NCBI GenBank assembly: GCA_033551855.1
Contig: JAWSUI010000001.1
Coordinates: forward strand, 64,001-128,000
DNA: 64,000 nucleotides
From: Deferrisomatales bacterium
GTDB lineage: Bacteria > Desulfobacterota > Deferrisomatia > Deferrisomatales > JACRMM01
Direction: 5' to 3'
In this document: positions 1-9,465 of the stretch, in pieces
How positions within the stretch are numbered: the stretch's first letter is position 1
Layout: every line of letters begins with the position of its first letter
Position numbers and translations under genes: made by a program
Notes under the pieces: model-generated
The model's database searches: none
Seen by the model: the letters and a program-made list of their open reading frames with translations, nothing else
Told to the model about the DNA's origin: nothing

Positions 1-926
1 ACGCTCTCGGTGAGCCAGACGTTTCCTCCGATGACGCACCCGCGGCCAATCACGGTGTGGCCCCCCAGGATGGTGGCGCCCGAGTAGATGACCACGTCGT
101 CCTCGATGGTCGGGTGGCGCTTGGTGCCGCGCACGAGCAGCCCCCCCTCGTCGCGGACGAAGGACAGGGCGCCGAGGGTCACCCCCTGGTACAGGGTGAC
201 CCGGTCGCCGATCTCGCAGGTCTCGCCGATGACGACCCCCGTGCCGTGGTCGATGAAGAACTCCCGGCCGATGGAGGCGCCCGGGTGGATGTCGATGCCG
301 GTCGCACCGTGGGCGTGCTCCGCCATCATGCGGGGGAGGACCGGGACCCCGAGCCGGTGCAGGGCGTGGGCCAGCCGATAGACGCTGACGGCGTAGAGGC
401 CGGGGTAGCTGAAGACGACCTCGTCGTAGCTCTTCGCCGCCGGGTCCCCGCGGTAGGCAGCCACCACGTCCCCGGAGACGAGCTCCCGCACGGTGGGAAT
501 CGCCTTGAGGAACTCGAGCGCCTGGCGCTGCCCTGTCTCGAGGCAGTGGGAGCACAGGCTCTCCGTGCGGCGGCACTCGTGGCGGATCGATCGGGAGACC
601 TGGAGGCTCAAACGGTCGAAGAGCTCCGTGGCTTCCTGCCCCACGTGGTAGGGAAGGCTCGCCCAGTCCACCTCCTGACGGCCGAAGAAGCCGGGGAACA
701 CCAGGTCGCGCATGAGCTCGATGAGCCCGGTGACCTCGTCCTTCGAGGGGATGAGGGCGGCCTCCACGTGCGCCACGTGGGGCACCGTGCGGCAACTGGC
801 GACGATGGCGTCCACCGCCGCGGGAAGCTCGTCGCGAAACCGCCGATGGTGTTCCTGGGTCGCCTGACAGACGTCCTGCTCGGCCATCAGGTCGGCGATG
901 GAAGGGATCTGCTGCTTGGGGGTCAT
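1..926 (-). CDS. cysE: Serine O-acetyltransferase (CysE/EpsC type); 3' end runs off the window
   Basis: Minus-strand reading from ATG at 926 (MTPKQQIPSIAD...) contains TGIDIHPGA and HPTIEDDVVIYSGATILGG hexapeptide motifs. The ATG overlaps the upstream stop (ATGA). Confidence 0.9.
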   Translation of the reverse strand, partial: MTPKQQIPSIADLMAEQDVCQATQEHHRRFRDELPAAVDAIVASCRTVPHVAHVEAALIPSKDEVTGLIELMRDLVFPGFFGRQEVDWASLPYHVGQEATELFDRLSLQVSRSIRHECRRTESLCSHCLETGQRQALEFLKAIPTVRELVSGDVVAAYRGDPAAKSYDEVVFSYPGLYAVSVYRLAHALHRLGVPVLPRMMAEHAHGATGIDIHPGASIGREFFIDHGTGVVIGETCEIGDRVTLYQGVTLGALSFVRDEGGLLVRGTKRHPTIEDDVVIYSGATILGGHTVIGRGCVIGGNVWLTES

Positions 927-2758
927 GGTGCACGCTCCTGAGAGAGGAGGCCCAGTCGACGCGCCGCGACCTCGGCGGCCCGGCGGGCCTCGGGGGGGTG
1001 GGAGACCTCGGGGGGCCAGGGGCGCGGGTGCCCTTCGCCGGGACCCTTGGTGGTGGCGTCCACGGCGATCTTTCGCCCCAGTACCCGCACGTCCCGGCAG
1101 GGGTCCACGCTGCTGAGCGCCCTCCAGGCGAGAAACCGGAGGTCCTCCCCCCCGGTCCCCTCCACCGCCACCGACACGTCGACGCCGGGGGTCTCGAGGG
1201 CCGCCTCCGCCAGGGCGGCACCCTCCCCGACCCGGGACTTCTCGAGGACGAGGAGCGCCAGCCCCCGGCGCGCCTCCGGCACCGGGATCCGGCACGCCTT
1301 CAGACCCGGGAACCGCCCGGAGAGCTCCCGGAGGAGCTCCTCCTCCCCGGGCACCGTGCCTCCGGGGGGCTCCGGGGACCCCTGGGTCGGCTCCCCCGGC
1401 AGCGGGCCGGTGGCGTCGATGCCGAGCTTGCCGCCCCACAGGGCCTGGGGGCTCGCGTGGTCCAGCGCGTCGAGCACGCCCTCGCAGAATACCAGCCCTT
1501 CGGGGATGCGGGCGCGGTCCAGGAGGGCCCGGCACGCGGCCCGGGGGTCGCGCACGTCCGCGTCGGGGTCCAGGGCCGCCAGGATCTTGGTGAAGCTCAT
1601 CTGCCCCGCCCCCCACAGCCCCTGGAAGAGCCTCCGTGCCTGCATGGGATAGTGCTTGTCCAGGGTCAGGAGCGCAAGGTTGTGAAACACCCCCTCTGCC
1701 GGCAGGTGCATCTCCCGCACCTCGGGCCACTGGGTCCGGAGAAGGGGGCGGAAGATCCGCTCGGTGGCGTACCCGAGCCACTCGTCCTCCATGGGGGGAA
1801 TCCCGACCACCGTGGCGAAGTACAGGGGGTCCCGCCGGTGGGTCACGGCGGTCACGTGAAAGACCGGGTAGGGCTCGGCCGGGGAGTAGACCCCGGTGTG
1901 GTCCCCGAAGGGGCCCTCGACCCGCTCTTCCCCGGGGTCCACGTACCCTTCGAGGACGATCTCGGCCGTGGCGGGCACCTGGAGGTCCACGGTGACGCAC
2001 CGGGTCAGTGACACGGGCTTCTTCCGGATGAACCCGGCCAGGAGGAGCTCGTCCACCCCGTGGGGCATGGGTGCCGTGGCGCAGTACGTGACCACGGGGT
2101 CCGTGCCGATGGCGACGGCCACCTCCATGCGCTGCCCGGAGCGGCGGTGGAGCCCGTGGGTCCGGCTCCCGTCCTTGTGGACGTGCCAGTGCATCCCGGT
2201 TGTGCGTCGGTCGAAGACCTGGAGGCGGTACATGCCCAGGTTCTGCCTGCCGGTCTCGGGGTCCCGGGTGAACACGCAGGGGAGGGTCACGAAGGGCCCC
2301 CCGTCCCCCGGCCAGCAGGTCAGGACCGGCAGCCGGGTGAGGTCCACGTCGTCCCCCGTGCGCACCACCTCCTGACACGGGGCCCGGCCCCGGTGGCGCC
2401 GGGGCGGAACCCCCCTGAGCTCCAGCAGGGTGGGCAGGAGCCGGAGGGCATCCCCCAGCCCCCGGGGGGGCGCCGTGGAGAGGAGCCCCTCGATGCGCCG
2501 CGGGATCTCCTCCACGTCCTCGACCCCGAGGGCGATGCACAGCCGGCGCCGGCTCCCGAAGGCGTTCACCAACACGGGCATCCCGTGCCCTGTCGGCCGC
2601 TCGAAGAGCAGAGCCTGGCCCCCCCCCGGCGCCTTCATGGCCAGGTCGGCCAGGGCCGGGATCTCCAGCCGGGGGGAGAGGGGGTCGGGCACGCGCCGGA
2701 GCTCTCCGGCCCGGTCCAGGGCGGTCACGAACTCCCGCAGGGAAGGAAAGGCGGCCAT
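923..2758 (-). CDS. mqnL: UbiD-family prFMN decarboxylase, menaquinone (futalosine) pathway type
   Basis: MAAFPSLREFV...LPVLTCWPGDGGPFVT...GMYRLQ...EGPFGDHTG motifs; mqnA lies nearby. Confidence 0.85.
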   Translation of the reverse strand: MAAFPSLREFVTALDRAGELRRVPDPLSPRLEIPALADLAMKAPGGGQALLFERPTGHGMPVLVNAFGSRRRLCIALGVEDVEEIPRRIEGLLSTAPPRGLGDALRLLPTLLELRGVPPRRHRGRAPCQEVVRTGDDVDLTRLPVLTCWPGDGGPFVTLPCVFTRDPETGRQNLGMYRLQVFDRRTTGMHWHVHKDGSRTHGLHRRSGQRMEVAVAIGTDPVVTYCATAPMPHGVDELLLAGFIRKKPVSLTRCVTVDLQVPATAEIVLEGYVDPGEERVEGPFGDHTGVYSPAEPYPVFHVTAVTHRRDPLYFATVVGIPPMEDEWLGYATERIFRPLLRTQWPEVREMHLPAEGVFHNLALLTLDKHYPMQARRLFQGLWGAGQMSFTKILAALDPDADVRDPRAACRALLDRARIPEGLVFCEGVLDALDHASPQALWGGKLGIDATGPLPGEPTQGSPEPPGGTVPGEEELLRELSGRFPGLKACRIPVPEARRGLALLVLEKSRVGEGAALAEAALETPGVDVSVAVEGTGGEDLRFLAWRALSSVDPCRDVRVLGRKIAVDATTKGPGEGHPRPWPPEVSHPPEARRAAEVAARRLGLLSQERAP

Positions 2759-2900
2759 GGGACTTACTGGGACCTCGTTCGACCCCGAAAGACGGAACAA
2801 CCCGAACCGGCTGGGCGGCACATCCCGGGGCCCAAGACCCTCCGCGTTTCGGGGCGGGGGCCTGCCTCTCCGCAGAGGCGGAGGATCGAGGGGGTCCGCC

Positions 2901-2930
2901 TTGACCGGCCCGGAGGGTCCCGCGTACGCT
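2901..2930 (+). promoter_or_regulatory. Putative sigma70 promoter for the NUDIX-mqnA unit
   Basis: TTGACC-N18-TACGCT. Confidence 0.45.
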
Positions 2931-2983
2931 ACGCCGAGCCGCTCACCGGGCGGGTATCCGACTGTAGCAGAGGAGAAAAGACT

Positions 2984-3499
2984 CTGTCCACCCGGCGCAC
3001 CCTCTACCGGGGCTCCGTCGTCGATCTCGGCGTGGAGGAGGCCGTGCTCCCCGGGGGCCGCACCCTGCCCCTCGAGGTAGTGCGCCACCCGGGGGGTGCC
3101 GCCGCCGTGGCCGTCGACCACCGGGGGCGGGTGTGCCTGCTGCGCCAGTTCCGCCACGCGGTGGGCGGCTGGCTGTGGGAGATCCCGGCCGGAAAGTTGG
3201 ACCCGGGGGAAACGCCCGAGCGCACCGCGCGGCGGGAACTGGAGGAGGAGGCTGGGGTGCGGGCCGGGACCTGGCTCTCCCTCGGGCAGATCGTGACCGC
3301 GCCGGGGTTCTGCGACGAGGTCATCCACCTCTTCCTCGCCCAGGACCTGGAGACGGGAAACCCCCGGCCGGAGGACCACGAGGTGCTCGAGGTCCACTGG
3401 GTGGACCTGGGGGAGGCCCTGCGCCGGGCCGCCGGAGAGCTCCGGGACGCCAAGACCGTCGCCGGCCTCTTCCGGGCTCGGGAAGCTCTCCGCCGATGA
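2984..3499 (+). CDS. NUDIX hydrolase (ADP-ribose pyrophosphatase-like); start uncertain, possibly CTG
   Basis: Nudix box EIPAGKLDPGETPERTARRELEEEAG. AGGAG at 2971-2975 precedes an in-frame CTG. Confidence 0.85.
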   Translation: MSTRRTLYRGSVVDLGVEEAVLPGGRTLPLEVVRHPGGAAAVAVDHRGRVCLLRQFRHAVGGWLWEIPAGKLDPGETPERTARRELEEEAGVRAGTWLSLGQIVTAPGFCDEVIHLFLAQDLETGNPRPEDHEVLEVHWVDLGEALRRAAGELRDAKTVAGLFRAREALRR

Positions 3500-4329
3500 G
3501 CCCTGCGCCTCCCCTCCCCCCGCCGCTGCGGGTCGGCCGGATCGGGTTCGCCAACTGCACGCCCCTCTTCCTGGCCCTCGAAGAAGGGGGCGCCTTGCCC
3601 GGGGTGGTGTTCGTTCCGGGGATCCCCACCGAGCTCAACGCAGCCCTGCGGGACGGGCGGATCCACCTCTCCCCCTCGTCCTCCGTGGAGTACCTCCGCC
3701 GGCCGGATCTCTACGGGTTCCTCCCGGACCTCTCCATCTCTTCTCTGGGCCCCGTGGAGTCGGTGGTCCTCTTCAGCCGCCGCCCCCTGGGGGAGCTGGA
3801 CGGGCGGTCGGTCGGCCTCACCCCGGCGTCGGCGACGTCGGTGGTCCTCCTGCGGGTCCTCCTCGAGGGGCGCCTCGGGGTGCGGCCCCATTACGTGGCA
3901 CCGGAGGAAGACCCCGAGGCCGTGCTGTGGATCGGCGACCGGGCGCTGCAGGAGGCCCGGGGCGGGGCGTGGCCCTTCACCCACGACCTGGGGGCCCTCT
4001 GGCACGAGGCCACGGGGACCCCCTTCGTGTTCGCCCTGTGGATCTGCCGGCGGGATGCCTACGCCGCCGCCCCCGACGCCGTCCGGGATTTCTACCGGGA
4101 GCTGGTCCGGGCCCGGCAGCGGGCCTATCGGAGCTACCCCGCCTACGCCCGCCGCTCCCCGGAGGCGGCGTGGATGGGACAGAAGGGGCTTCTGGACTAC
4201 TGGCAGACGATCTCCTACGACCTCACCGCCTGGCATGTCCAGGGGCTGCGGCGCTTCGCCGAGGAGGCGACGGCCCTGGGGCTCCTGCCGGGGACGGCCC
4301 CCCTGAACCCCCTGCCGGTGGAGGGGTGA
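3496..4329 (+). CDS. mqnA: Chorismate dehydratase (MqnA/MqnD family)
   Basis: RVGRIGFANCTPL, SISSLGPVESV, SATSVVL, IGDRAL, DLGALW..TGTPFVFALW; ATGA overlap with NUDIX. Confidence 0.85.
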   Translation: MSPAPPLPPPLRVGRIGFANCTPLFLALEEGGALPGVVFVPGIPTELNAALRDGRIHLSPSSSVEYLRRPDLYGFLPDLSISSLGPVESVVLFSRRPLGELDGRSVGLTPASATSVVLLRVLLEGRLGVRPHYVAPEEDPEAVLWIGDRALQEARGGAWPFTHDLGALWHEATGTPFVFALWICRRDAYAAAPDAVRDFYRELVRARQRAYRSYPAYARRSPEAAWMGQKGLLDYWQTISYDLTAWHVQGLRRFAEEATALGLLPGTAPLNPLPVEG

Positions 4330-4333
4330 CCCG

Positions 4334-5710
4334 TCAGAGCTGCAGCAGCCAAGTGGCCAGCCCGAAGTAGAGCAGCAGGCCCGTGATATCGACCACCGTG
4401 CTGAGCGCCGGGCTGGCCACCACCGCCGGGTCGAGGCGGAGCCTCGCGGCCGCCAGGGGCAGCACGGCGCCGAAGGCAGTGGACGTCACCACCTGCAGAC
4501 CCAGGGCGAGGGCAACCGTCGCGCCGATCCAGCCCAGGTGGAAGCCGGGCGGCACGTCGCCCGCGCCCGTGAAGAAATACACCTTGCCATAGACGAGTGA
4601 CCCGAGGGTGAGCCCCAGGAGGATGCTCACCCGCAACTCCTTCCAGAGGATGCGCAGCGCGTCGGAGGCCTCCACCTCCCCGAGGGCGAGGGCTCGTATC
4701 ACCGTGGTGGAGGCCTGGGAACCGGTATTCCCGCCCACCGAGGCCAGCATGGGCAGGTAGACCACCAGGAGCATGAGGCTCGTAAGGGCCCCCTGGAAGG
4801 TGTGCAGGATCCAGCCCGACACCAGCTGCAGCGCCGCCAGGGCCACGCACCACGTGACGCGCTTGCGGTAGTGGACGGGGGACGGCACGTCCAGGTAGCT
4901 CTCCTCCCGGGTCTCGCCCGTGATGCCCATCAGGCGCTCCAGGTCCTCGGTCTGCTCCTCCCGCAGGATGTCGAACGCGTCGTCGTGGGTGACGATGCCC
5001 ACCAGGGAGTTGTCGCGGTCCACCACGGGCACGGCCAACAGGTCGTACTTCTCGATGGTGCGGGCCACGGCCTCCTGATCCTCGTCCACGCGGACCGCGA
5101 TGGGACCCGGGACCATGAGCGCCTCGACCACCGAGTCCGGGCGCGCCAGGATGAGATCCTTGAGGGACACGGAGCCCACGAGGGTGCGCTCGGGCCCCAG
5201 GACGTAGGTGTAGTACACCGTCTCCCGGTCGGGTGCCTCCCGCCGAATCTTCTCGATCGCCTCCCGGGCCGTCAGGTGGGGCAGCAGCGTGACGTAGTCG
5301 GAGGTCATGGCTGCCCCGGCGGTTCCCTCCTCGTACCCGGCCAGCCGGCGGATGTCGTCGCGCTCCGCCTGGGCAAGGGCGGGCCACAGGGCCTCCAGGG
5401 TCTCCTCCTTCAGGCGCTTGACGAGGTCCGCCCGCTCGTCCGGGCTCATGTGGGTGACCAGCTCGGCCAACTGGTCGCGCTTCAGCGACTGGGCGAGGCG
5501 AATCTGGGTGGCGACTTCCAGGTACGAAAAGACCTCTCCCCGATCCAGAGGGGGTAGGCATTGGAGGAACGCGGCCAGGTCCGACGGCTCCATGTCCCCG
5601 ACGAACTCTGCGATCGTGGCGGGGTGGAGGTCCTCGGCAAACTCGCGGATGGCGCGCGCGTCGCCGCGCGCCAGCGTGGCCCTGATTTCCGGGATGAGGA
5701 TTGTATTCAT
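4334..5710 (-). CDS. mgtE: Magnesium transporter MgtE
   Basis: N-domain, CBS pair, GGNTGSQAS and DPAVVASP..ST.VD motifs; SD GGAGG upstream. Confidence 0.95.
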   Translation of the reverse strand: MNTILIPEIRATLARGDARAIREFAEDLHPATIAEFVGDMEPSDLAAFLQCLPPLDRGEVFSYLEVATQIRLAQSLKRDQLAELVTHMSPDERADLVKRLKEETLEALWPALAQAERDDIRRLAGYEEGTAGAAMTSDYVTLLPHLTAREAIEKIRREAPDRETVYYTYVLGPERTLVGSVSLKDLILARPDSVVEALMVPGPIAVRVDEDQEAVARTIEKYDLLAVPVVDRDNSLVGIVTHDDAFDILREEQTEDLERLMGITGETREESYLDVPSPVHYRKRVTWCVALAALQLVSGWILHTFQGALTSLMLLVVYLPMLASVGGNTGSQASTTVIRALALGEVEASDALRILWKELRVSILLGLTLGSLVYGKVYFFTGAGDVPPGFHLGWIGATVALALGLQVVTSTAFGAVLPLAAARLRLDPAVVASPALSTVVDITGLLLYFGLATWLLQL

Positions 5711-5755
5711 CGGCACCTCCCGCGGCCCAAGGCCCCGGCGCGGTGCCGCAGGAGG

Positions 5756-5842
5756 TCAGGCGGACCGGACCTCCCGGGAGGCGTTTCCACGCGGGGCGGG
5801 ACGGGCAGGGTAGGGTTCGGGGCGACTGCCTGGGTCGTCCAT
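5756..5842 (-). CDS. Putative proline-rich leader peptide (28 aa) upstream of mgtE
   Basis: MDDPGSRPEPYPARPAPRGNASREVRSA*, with AGGAG/TAGGA upstream. Its 3' end overlaps alternative hairpins that involve the mgtE SD. Confidence 0.5.
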   Translation of the reverse strand: MDDPGSRPEPYPARPAPRGNASREVRSA

Positions 5843-5974
5843 CGGTCCTATCGACTCCTGGGGTGGAGGGGCGGCCTCGCCGCTCCCCGAGAGGCCTCCT
5901 TGTACGCCCTCGAGCGCCGCAACGCAAGGGAGATCCGCGACCGGGATCCCCCCCCGGCCGCGTGCTGGGAGCCG

Positions 5975-6050
5975 GGGAGCCCCTGCGTTTCGCCGCGAAA
6001 TCCGCCCCTGTTCGAGACGCTGACCACGAGGGCACCGGGTGCGCCCAGCC
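5975..6050. repeat. Repeat family II, partial copy
   Basis: GGGAGCCCCTGCGTTTCGCCGCGAAATCCGC..TTCGA is near-identical to the start of the copy at 53265. Confidence 0.7.
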
Positions 6051-6185
6051 TCGCCCTTCCGCCCTCACGGCTCCGGGCCGTGAGCCGTGCCAATACTTTC
6101 CCCAGAAAGGCTGCTGTCGTGGTATCATGGCGGCGTCGGAGCTCCCGTGGCCCGACCGACGGACGTCCCCGGAAGAGGAAGGCAC

Positions 6186-6431
6186 ATGGCTCGCGATCCC
6201 AAGTTTGCAAAGCGCCAGAAGGAGCGGGCGAGGCAGGAGAAGAGGGTCCAGAAGGCCGAGCGCCGCGCGGACCGCAAGGCCCAGCGCGCGGAGGCGTCCC
6301 GGGCCGAGGACGGCCACGACCCCGACATCGCGGGGATCGTTCCCGGCCCCCAACGGCCCATTTGGGAGCGGCTCGACGAGCCGCCGGAGACGGAAGAAGA
6401 GGAGGAACCCGATGCTGCCGCCCAGGGCTGA
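6186..6431 (+). CDS. Small hypothetical protein (basic helical N-terminus, DPDIAGIVPGPQ motif, acidic tail)
   Basis: GAGGAAGG RBS, extended -10 TGGTATCAT at 6120-6128, and coding-like composition. Confidence 0.7.
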   Translation: MARDPKFAKRQKERARQEKRVQKAERRADRKAQRAEASRAEDGHDPDIAGIVPGPQRPIWERLDEPPETEEEEEPDAAAQG

Positions 6432-6555
6432 CCGCCCGAGGGAGACCCTATCGGAACGCGCCATGCCGGTCACCCGCCACTCCCGGTGCGAAGACCGGGC
6501 CGGCGGTGGCGGGGGGGCGGGCGCGTGCGCAAGCGCCAGGTCCGGGCCCGCAGCC

Positions 6556-6888
6556 ATGCCGGCTCAACGGGAAGGGTACCGGGATCAGCGCAAGCTCGAG
6601 ATCCGGTCGGTGATGCGCATCTTACGGGGTCAGCTCTCGGACCCCTCGCCCGAGGCCAAGCTGTGGTTGGCGGTGATCGAGTTCGCGGTGCGCGACGCCT
6701 ACTCCTCCACGGCGCGGAGCGCCGAGGCCCGGGAGGACGCCCGGCAGTGGCTCCGCTCGGACCACTTCGAGGGGGTGGCGACGGCCATCGGCCTGCACCC
6801 GGAGTGGGCCCGACAGAAGATCCTCCAGATCCCGGACGTCCAGGATCCGAAGCCCGGCCCCGAGGCCGGCGGCCCACTCCAGCCCTGA
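6556..6888 (+). CDS. Hypothetical protein
   Basis: PEAKLWLAVIEFAVRDA..ARQWLRS.HFEGVATAIGLHPEW; protein-like helical pattern. Confidence 0.6.
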   Translation: MPAQREGYRDQRKLEIRSVMRILRGQLSDPSPEAKLWLAVIEFAVRDAYSSTARSAEAREDARQWLRSDHFEGVATAIGLHPEWARQKILQIPDVQDPKPGPEAGGPLQP

Positions 6889-6960
6889 CAAACCGAGGCC
6901 GGCGCCCCCTCGCCGACCTCCGACCCGCCCAGGGGCAACCCCCGATTCCGCAGCGCCCGT

Positions 6961-6999
6961 GCGGCGGGATCGGGGCCCTTCCGGCCCCGATCCCGCCGC
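6961..6999. terminator. Perfect 17-bp hairpin between convergent genes, likely terminator of the benzoyl-CoA operon
   Basis: GCGGCGGGATCGGGGCC-cttcc-GGCCCCGATCCCGCCGC, 6 nt past the oah stop. Confidence 0.65.
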
Positions 7000-7005
7000 C
7001 TCACC

Positions 7006-8136
7006 TCACCCCTTGGGCTTCCCCAGCACGGCCTCGAACGCGGCCTCGTCCATCAGCCGGCCCTCGGCGACGAGCTGCCGGTACTTGATGAAGTCGATCA
7101 CGTCCTCGCCCGTGAGCTTCTTGGTGGAGAAGGCGGTGAACCCCAGGAACGCCTCGCCCATCATGTTGGCCGCGAGCCAGTGGCGGTTCGGGAGCTTGGC
7201 CTGGTCCCAGAAGAACTTCTTCTTGGCCCGGATCGAGTCGATCGACATCTGCAGGCACCCCGGGAACAGGTTGGCGAACCGCCACACCACGTCCTGGACC
7301 ACCTGGTCCAGCCGCGTGAAGTCCGTGGTGCACTGCGCCATCAGCTCCTTGGCGGCCTTGGCCTCGTCGCCGGTCTTGAACTCGCCGTACACGAGCTCGC
7401 CGTCGCGCACGTAGGTGTCGGTGAACACGAGGGGGTTGCGGACGAACGTGCCGTCCTTGACGAGCACCGGCACCGCCTTGGAGATCAGGTTCTTGGCCTT
7501 CATCTTGTAGGCCGACCAGGTCTCGCAGGACACGCAGTTCCACATGGCGTCCTCCATGGAGAGGAACCACGGGAGGAAGTCGGTGGCACCGCCCACCGGG
7601 GCGGAGCCGTGCTTGGGGCCGGCTTGGCCGTAGACCGCCAGGTCCGAGGAGATCGCGATGTCGGCGGCCATGCCGATCTCCTGGCCGCCGGCCACCCGCA
7701 TCCCGTTGACGCGGCAGACGACGGGCTTCTTGCAGTCCAGGATCGAGTCGACCATGAGGTTGAACAGGTCCATGTACTCGCCGTACTCGTTGGGGCGCTT
7801 CGAGTAGTACCGGGAATATTCCACCGTGTTGCCGCCGGTGCAGAAGGCCTTGTCGCCGGTGCCGGTGAAGACCACCGCCACGACGCTGCGGTCGCCGGAG
7901 GCCGCCTTGAAGGCCGCGATCACGCCCTTGACCATCTCGGTGGTGTAGGAGTTGTACTGAGCGGGGTTGTTCAGGCGGATCCACGCCACGAAGAGGCCGG
8001 GCACCTCCTTGCCCGCGGGGTCCGTGAGGGGCCGCCTCTCGTACACCGTGCACGGCGCTTCCGTGCCCCAGTACTCGCCCTTCATCAGGCCGTGGTCCTT
8101 CATGTGGTCGTCGCGGGGAAGCCAGTCGAGACTCAT
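7006..8136 (-). CDS. oah: 6-oxocyclohex-1-ene-1-carbonyl-CoA hydrolase (Oah/BamA)
   Basis: AWIRLNNPAQYNSYTTEMVKGV, AFCTGGNT, QAGPKHGSAPVGGATDFLP; 376 aa. Confidence 0.95.
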   Translation of the reverse strand: MSLDWLPRDDHMKDHGLMKGEYWGTEAPCTVYERRPLTDPAGKEVPGLFVAWIRLNNPAQYNSYTTEMVKGVIAAFKAASGDRSVVAVVFTGTGDKAFCTGGNTVEYSRYYSKRPNEYGEYMDLFNLMVDSILDCKKPVVCRVNGMRVAGGQEIGMAADIAISSDLAVYGQAGPKHGSAPVGGATDFLPWFLSMEDAMWNCVSCETWSAYKMKAKNLISKAVPVLVKDGTFVRNPLVFTDTYVRDGELVYGEFKTGDEAKAAKELMAQCTTDFTRLDQVVQDVVWRFANLFPGCLQMSIDSIRAKKKFFWDQAKLPNRHWLAANMMGEAFLGFTAFSTKKLTGEDVIDFIKYRQLVAEGRLMDEAAFEAVLGKPKG

Positions 8137-8183
8137 GGGTTTCTCCTGTAGGTTGCTGGTTGTGGGGTCATTCCTGTCCGTCG

Positions 8184-9272
8184 TCAGAAATCGGGCTCCA
8201 GCACGACGCGCTTTTCCACCTTGCGATCGTGGATGTCGTCGAAGGTCTGCCGGATCGTCGACATGGGCCGGGTCTCGATGAAGGGCTCCACCTGCACCTT
8301 GCCCGACTGCACGAGCTTGAGCACTTCCGGGTAGTACTTGGGCAGGCAGCCCCACGTGCCGATCATCTCGGCGTCGAAGGCCATGAGCTTGGAGAGCATG
8401 TACTCGGACTTGGCCATGGTGTAGCCCACCACCACGAGCTTGCCCACGAACGACAGGAGCTGCAGCCCGATCTCCTGGCCCGGTTTCGAGCCCGAGACCT
8501 CGAAGATCTTCCAGCCCCAGTTGTGGGGCACACCCTTCTCCTTGCAGATCGCCCGGAAGGCCTCCTGGACGTCCCGGGGGGTCTTGCCCCGGGAGTTGAT
8601 GGTGGCGTCGGCGCCGAAGGACAGCGCTCGCTCGAGCTTGGCGTCGTCGATGTCGATGCCGATCACCGTGCCCGCGCCCAGCGCCTTGGCCATCTGGGTC
8701 ATGTACACACCCACCCCCCCGCAGGCCCCCACGACCACGACCCGGTCCCCCGGGGCGATCCCGGCCCGCATCGCCGCCTGGTAGGGGGTGGTCACGGCGT
8801 CGGCGATGACCGAGAGGTGCGACAGCGCAACGTCGCGCCGGTCCACGACGCACAGGTCCGCAAAGGGCACCGGGATGTGGCTCGAGAACCCGCCGTACGG
8901 GCCCAGGCTGTTCCCGGGCATCTTCTGGGCGAGGCACCGGTTGCCTCGTCCCGTGGCGCAGATCGGGCAACCGTTGCACGGCATGACCGCCGGCACGATG
9001 ACCTCCTTGCCCACCCACTGCGCGGGGCCGTCGACCACGGTGCCGCTGATCTCGTGGCCCAGGGCCAGGGGCGGAGGGTTCACGGTGGGCACGCCGTCGT
9101 AGAAGTACCCCAGGTCCGTGTGGCACACCCCGCACCCGGCCACCTCCACCAGGACGTCGCCCGGCCCGAGGGCCGGGGCGTCGATCTCCGCCCTCTCCAT
9201 GACCCCGTGCTCCCCGGTCTTCGGGTCGGAAGGCTTCGTCATCTGCCACGTCTGAATCTTCTGCACCTTCAT
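8184..9272 (-). CDS. had: 6-hydroxycyclohex-1-ene-1-carbonyl-CoA dehydrogenase (Had/BamQ)
   Basis: Zn-ADH motifs CGVCHTDLGYFYDGVPT, GHEISG, LMAFDAEMIGTWGC; adjacent to oah. Confidence 0.93.
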   Translation of the reverse strand: MKVQKIQTWQMTKPSDPKTGEHGVMERAEIDAPALGPGDVLVEVAGCGVCHTDLGYFYDGVPTVNPPPLALGHEISGTVVDGPAQWVGKEVIVPAVMPCNGCPICATGRGNRCLAQKMPGNSLGPYGGFSSHIPVPFADLCVVDRRDVALSHLSVIADAVTTPYQAAMRAGIAPGDRVVVVGACGGVGVYMTQMAKALGAGTVIGIDIDDAKLERALSFGADATINSRGKTPRDVQEAFRAICKEKGVPHNWGWKIFEVSGSKPGQEIGLQLLSFVGKLVVVGYTMAKSEYMLSKLMAFDAEMIGTWGCLPKYYPEVLKLVQSGKVQVEPFIETRPMSTIRQTFDDIHDRKVEKRVVLEPDF

Positions 9273-9465
9273 GTCTTCCTCCTTTCGCGCTTCAGGCGCT
9301 CCCTCTGCACACACCGCACGCCGGCCGACAACTCCGGCGACCTGCCTTGGACGGGACGCTGATGAGATGTGCGGTGTTTCCGCTCCCCCGAACACGAAAC
9401 CATCCCGTCCGTTCTCTCGTCCCGTTACAAGGGAGGTCTTGCCTCCTTCCGCTTCGAGTCCCCTC

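Noticed and set aside
6075..6095. Minus-strand TGGCAC as a sigma54 promoter
   Set aside because: The -12 TTGC element is absent at the required spacing.
5720..6100. M-box (ykoK) or c-di-GMP riboswitch upstream of mgtE
   Set aside because: I could not match the conserved sequence cores by eye; a covariance-model scan would be needed to exclude them fully.
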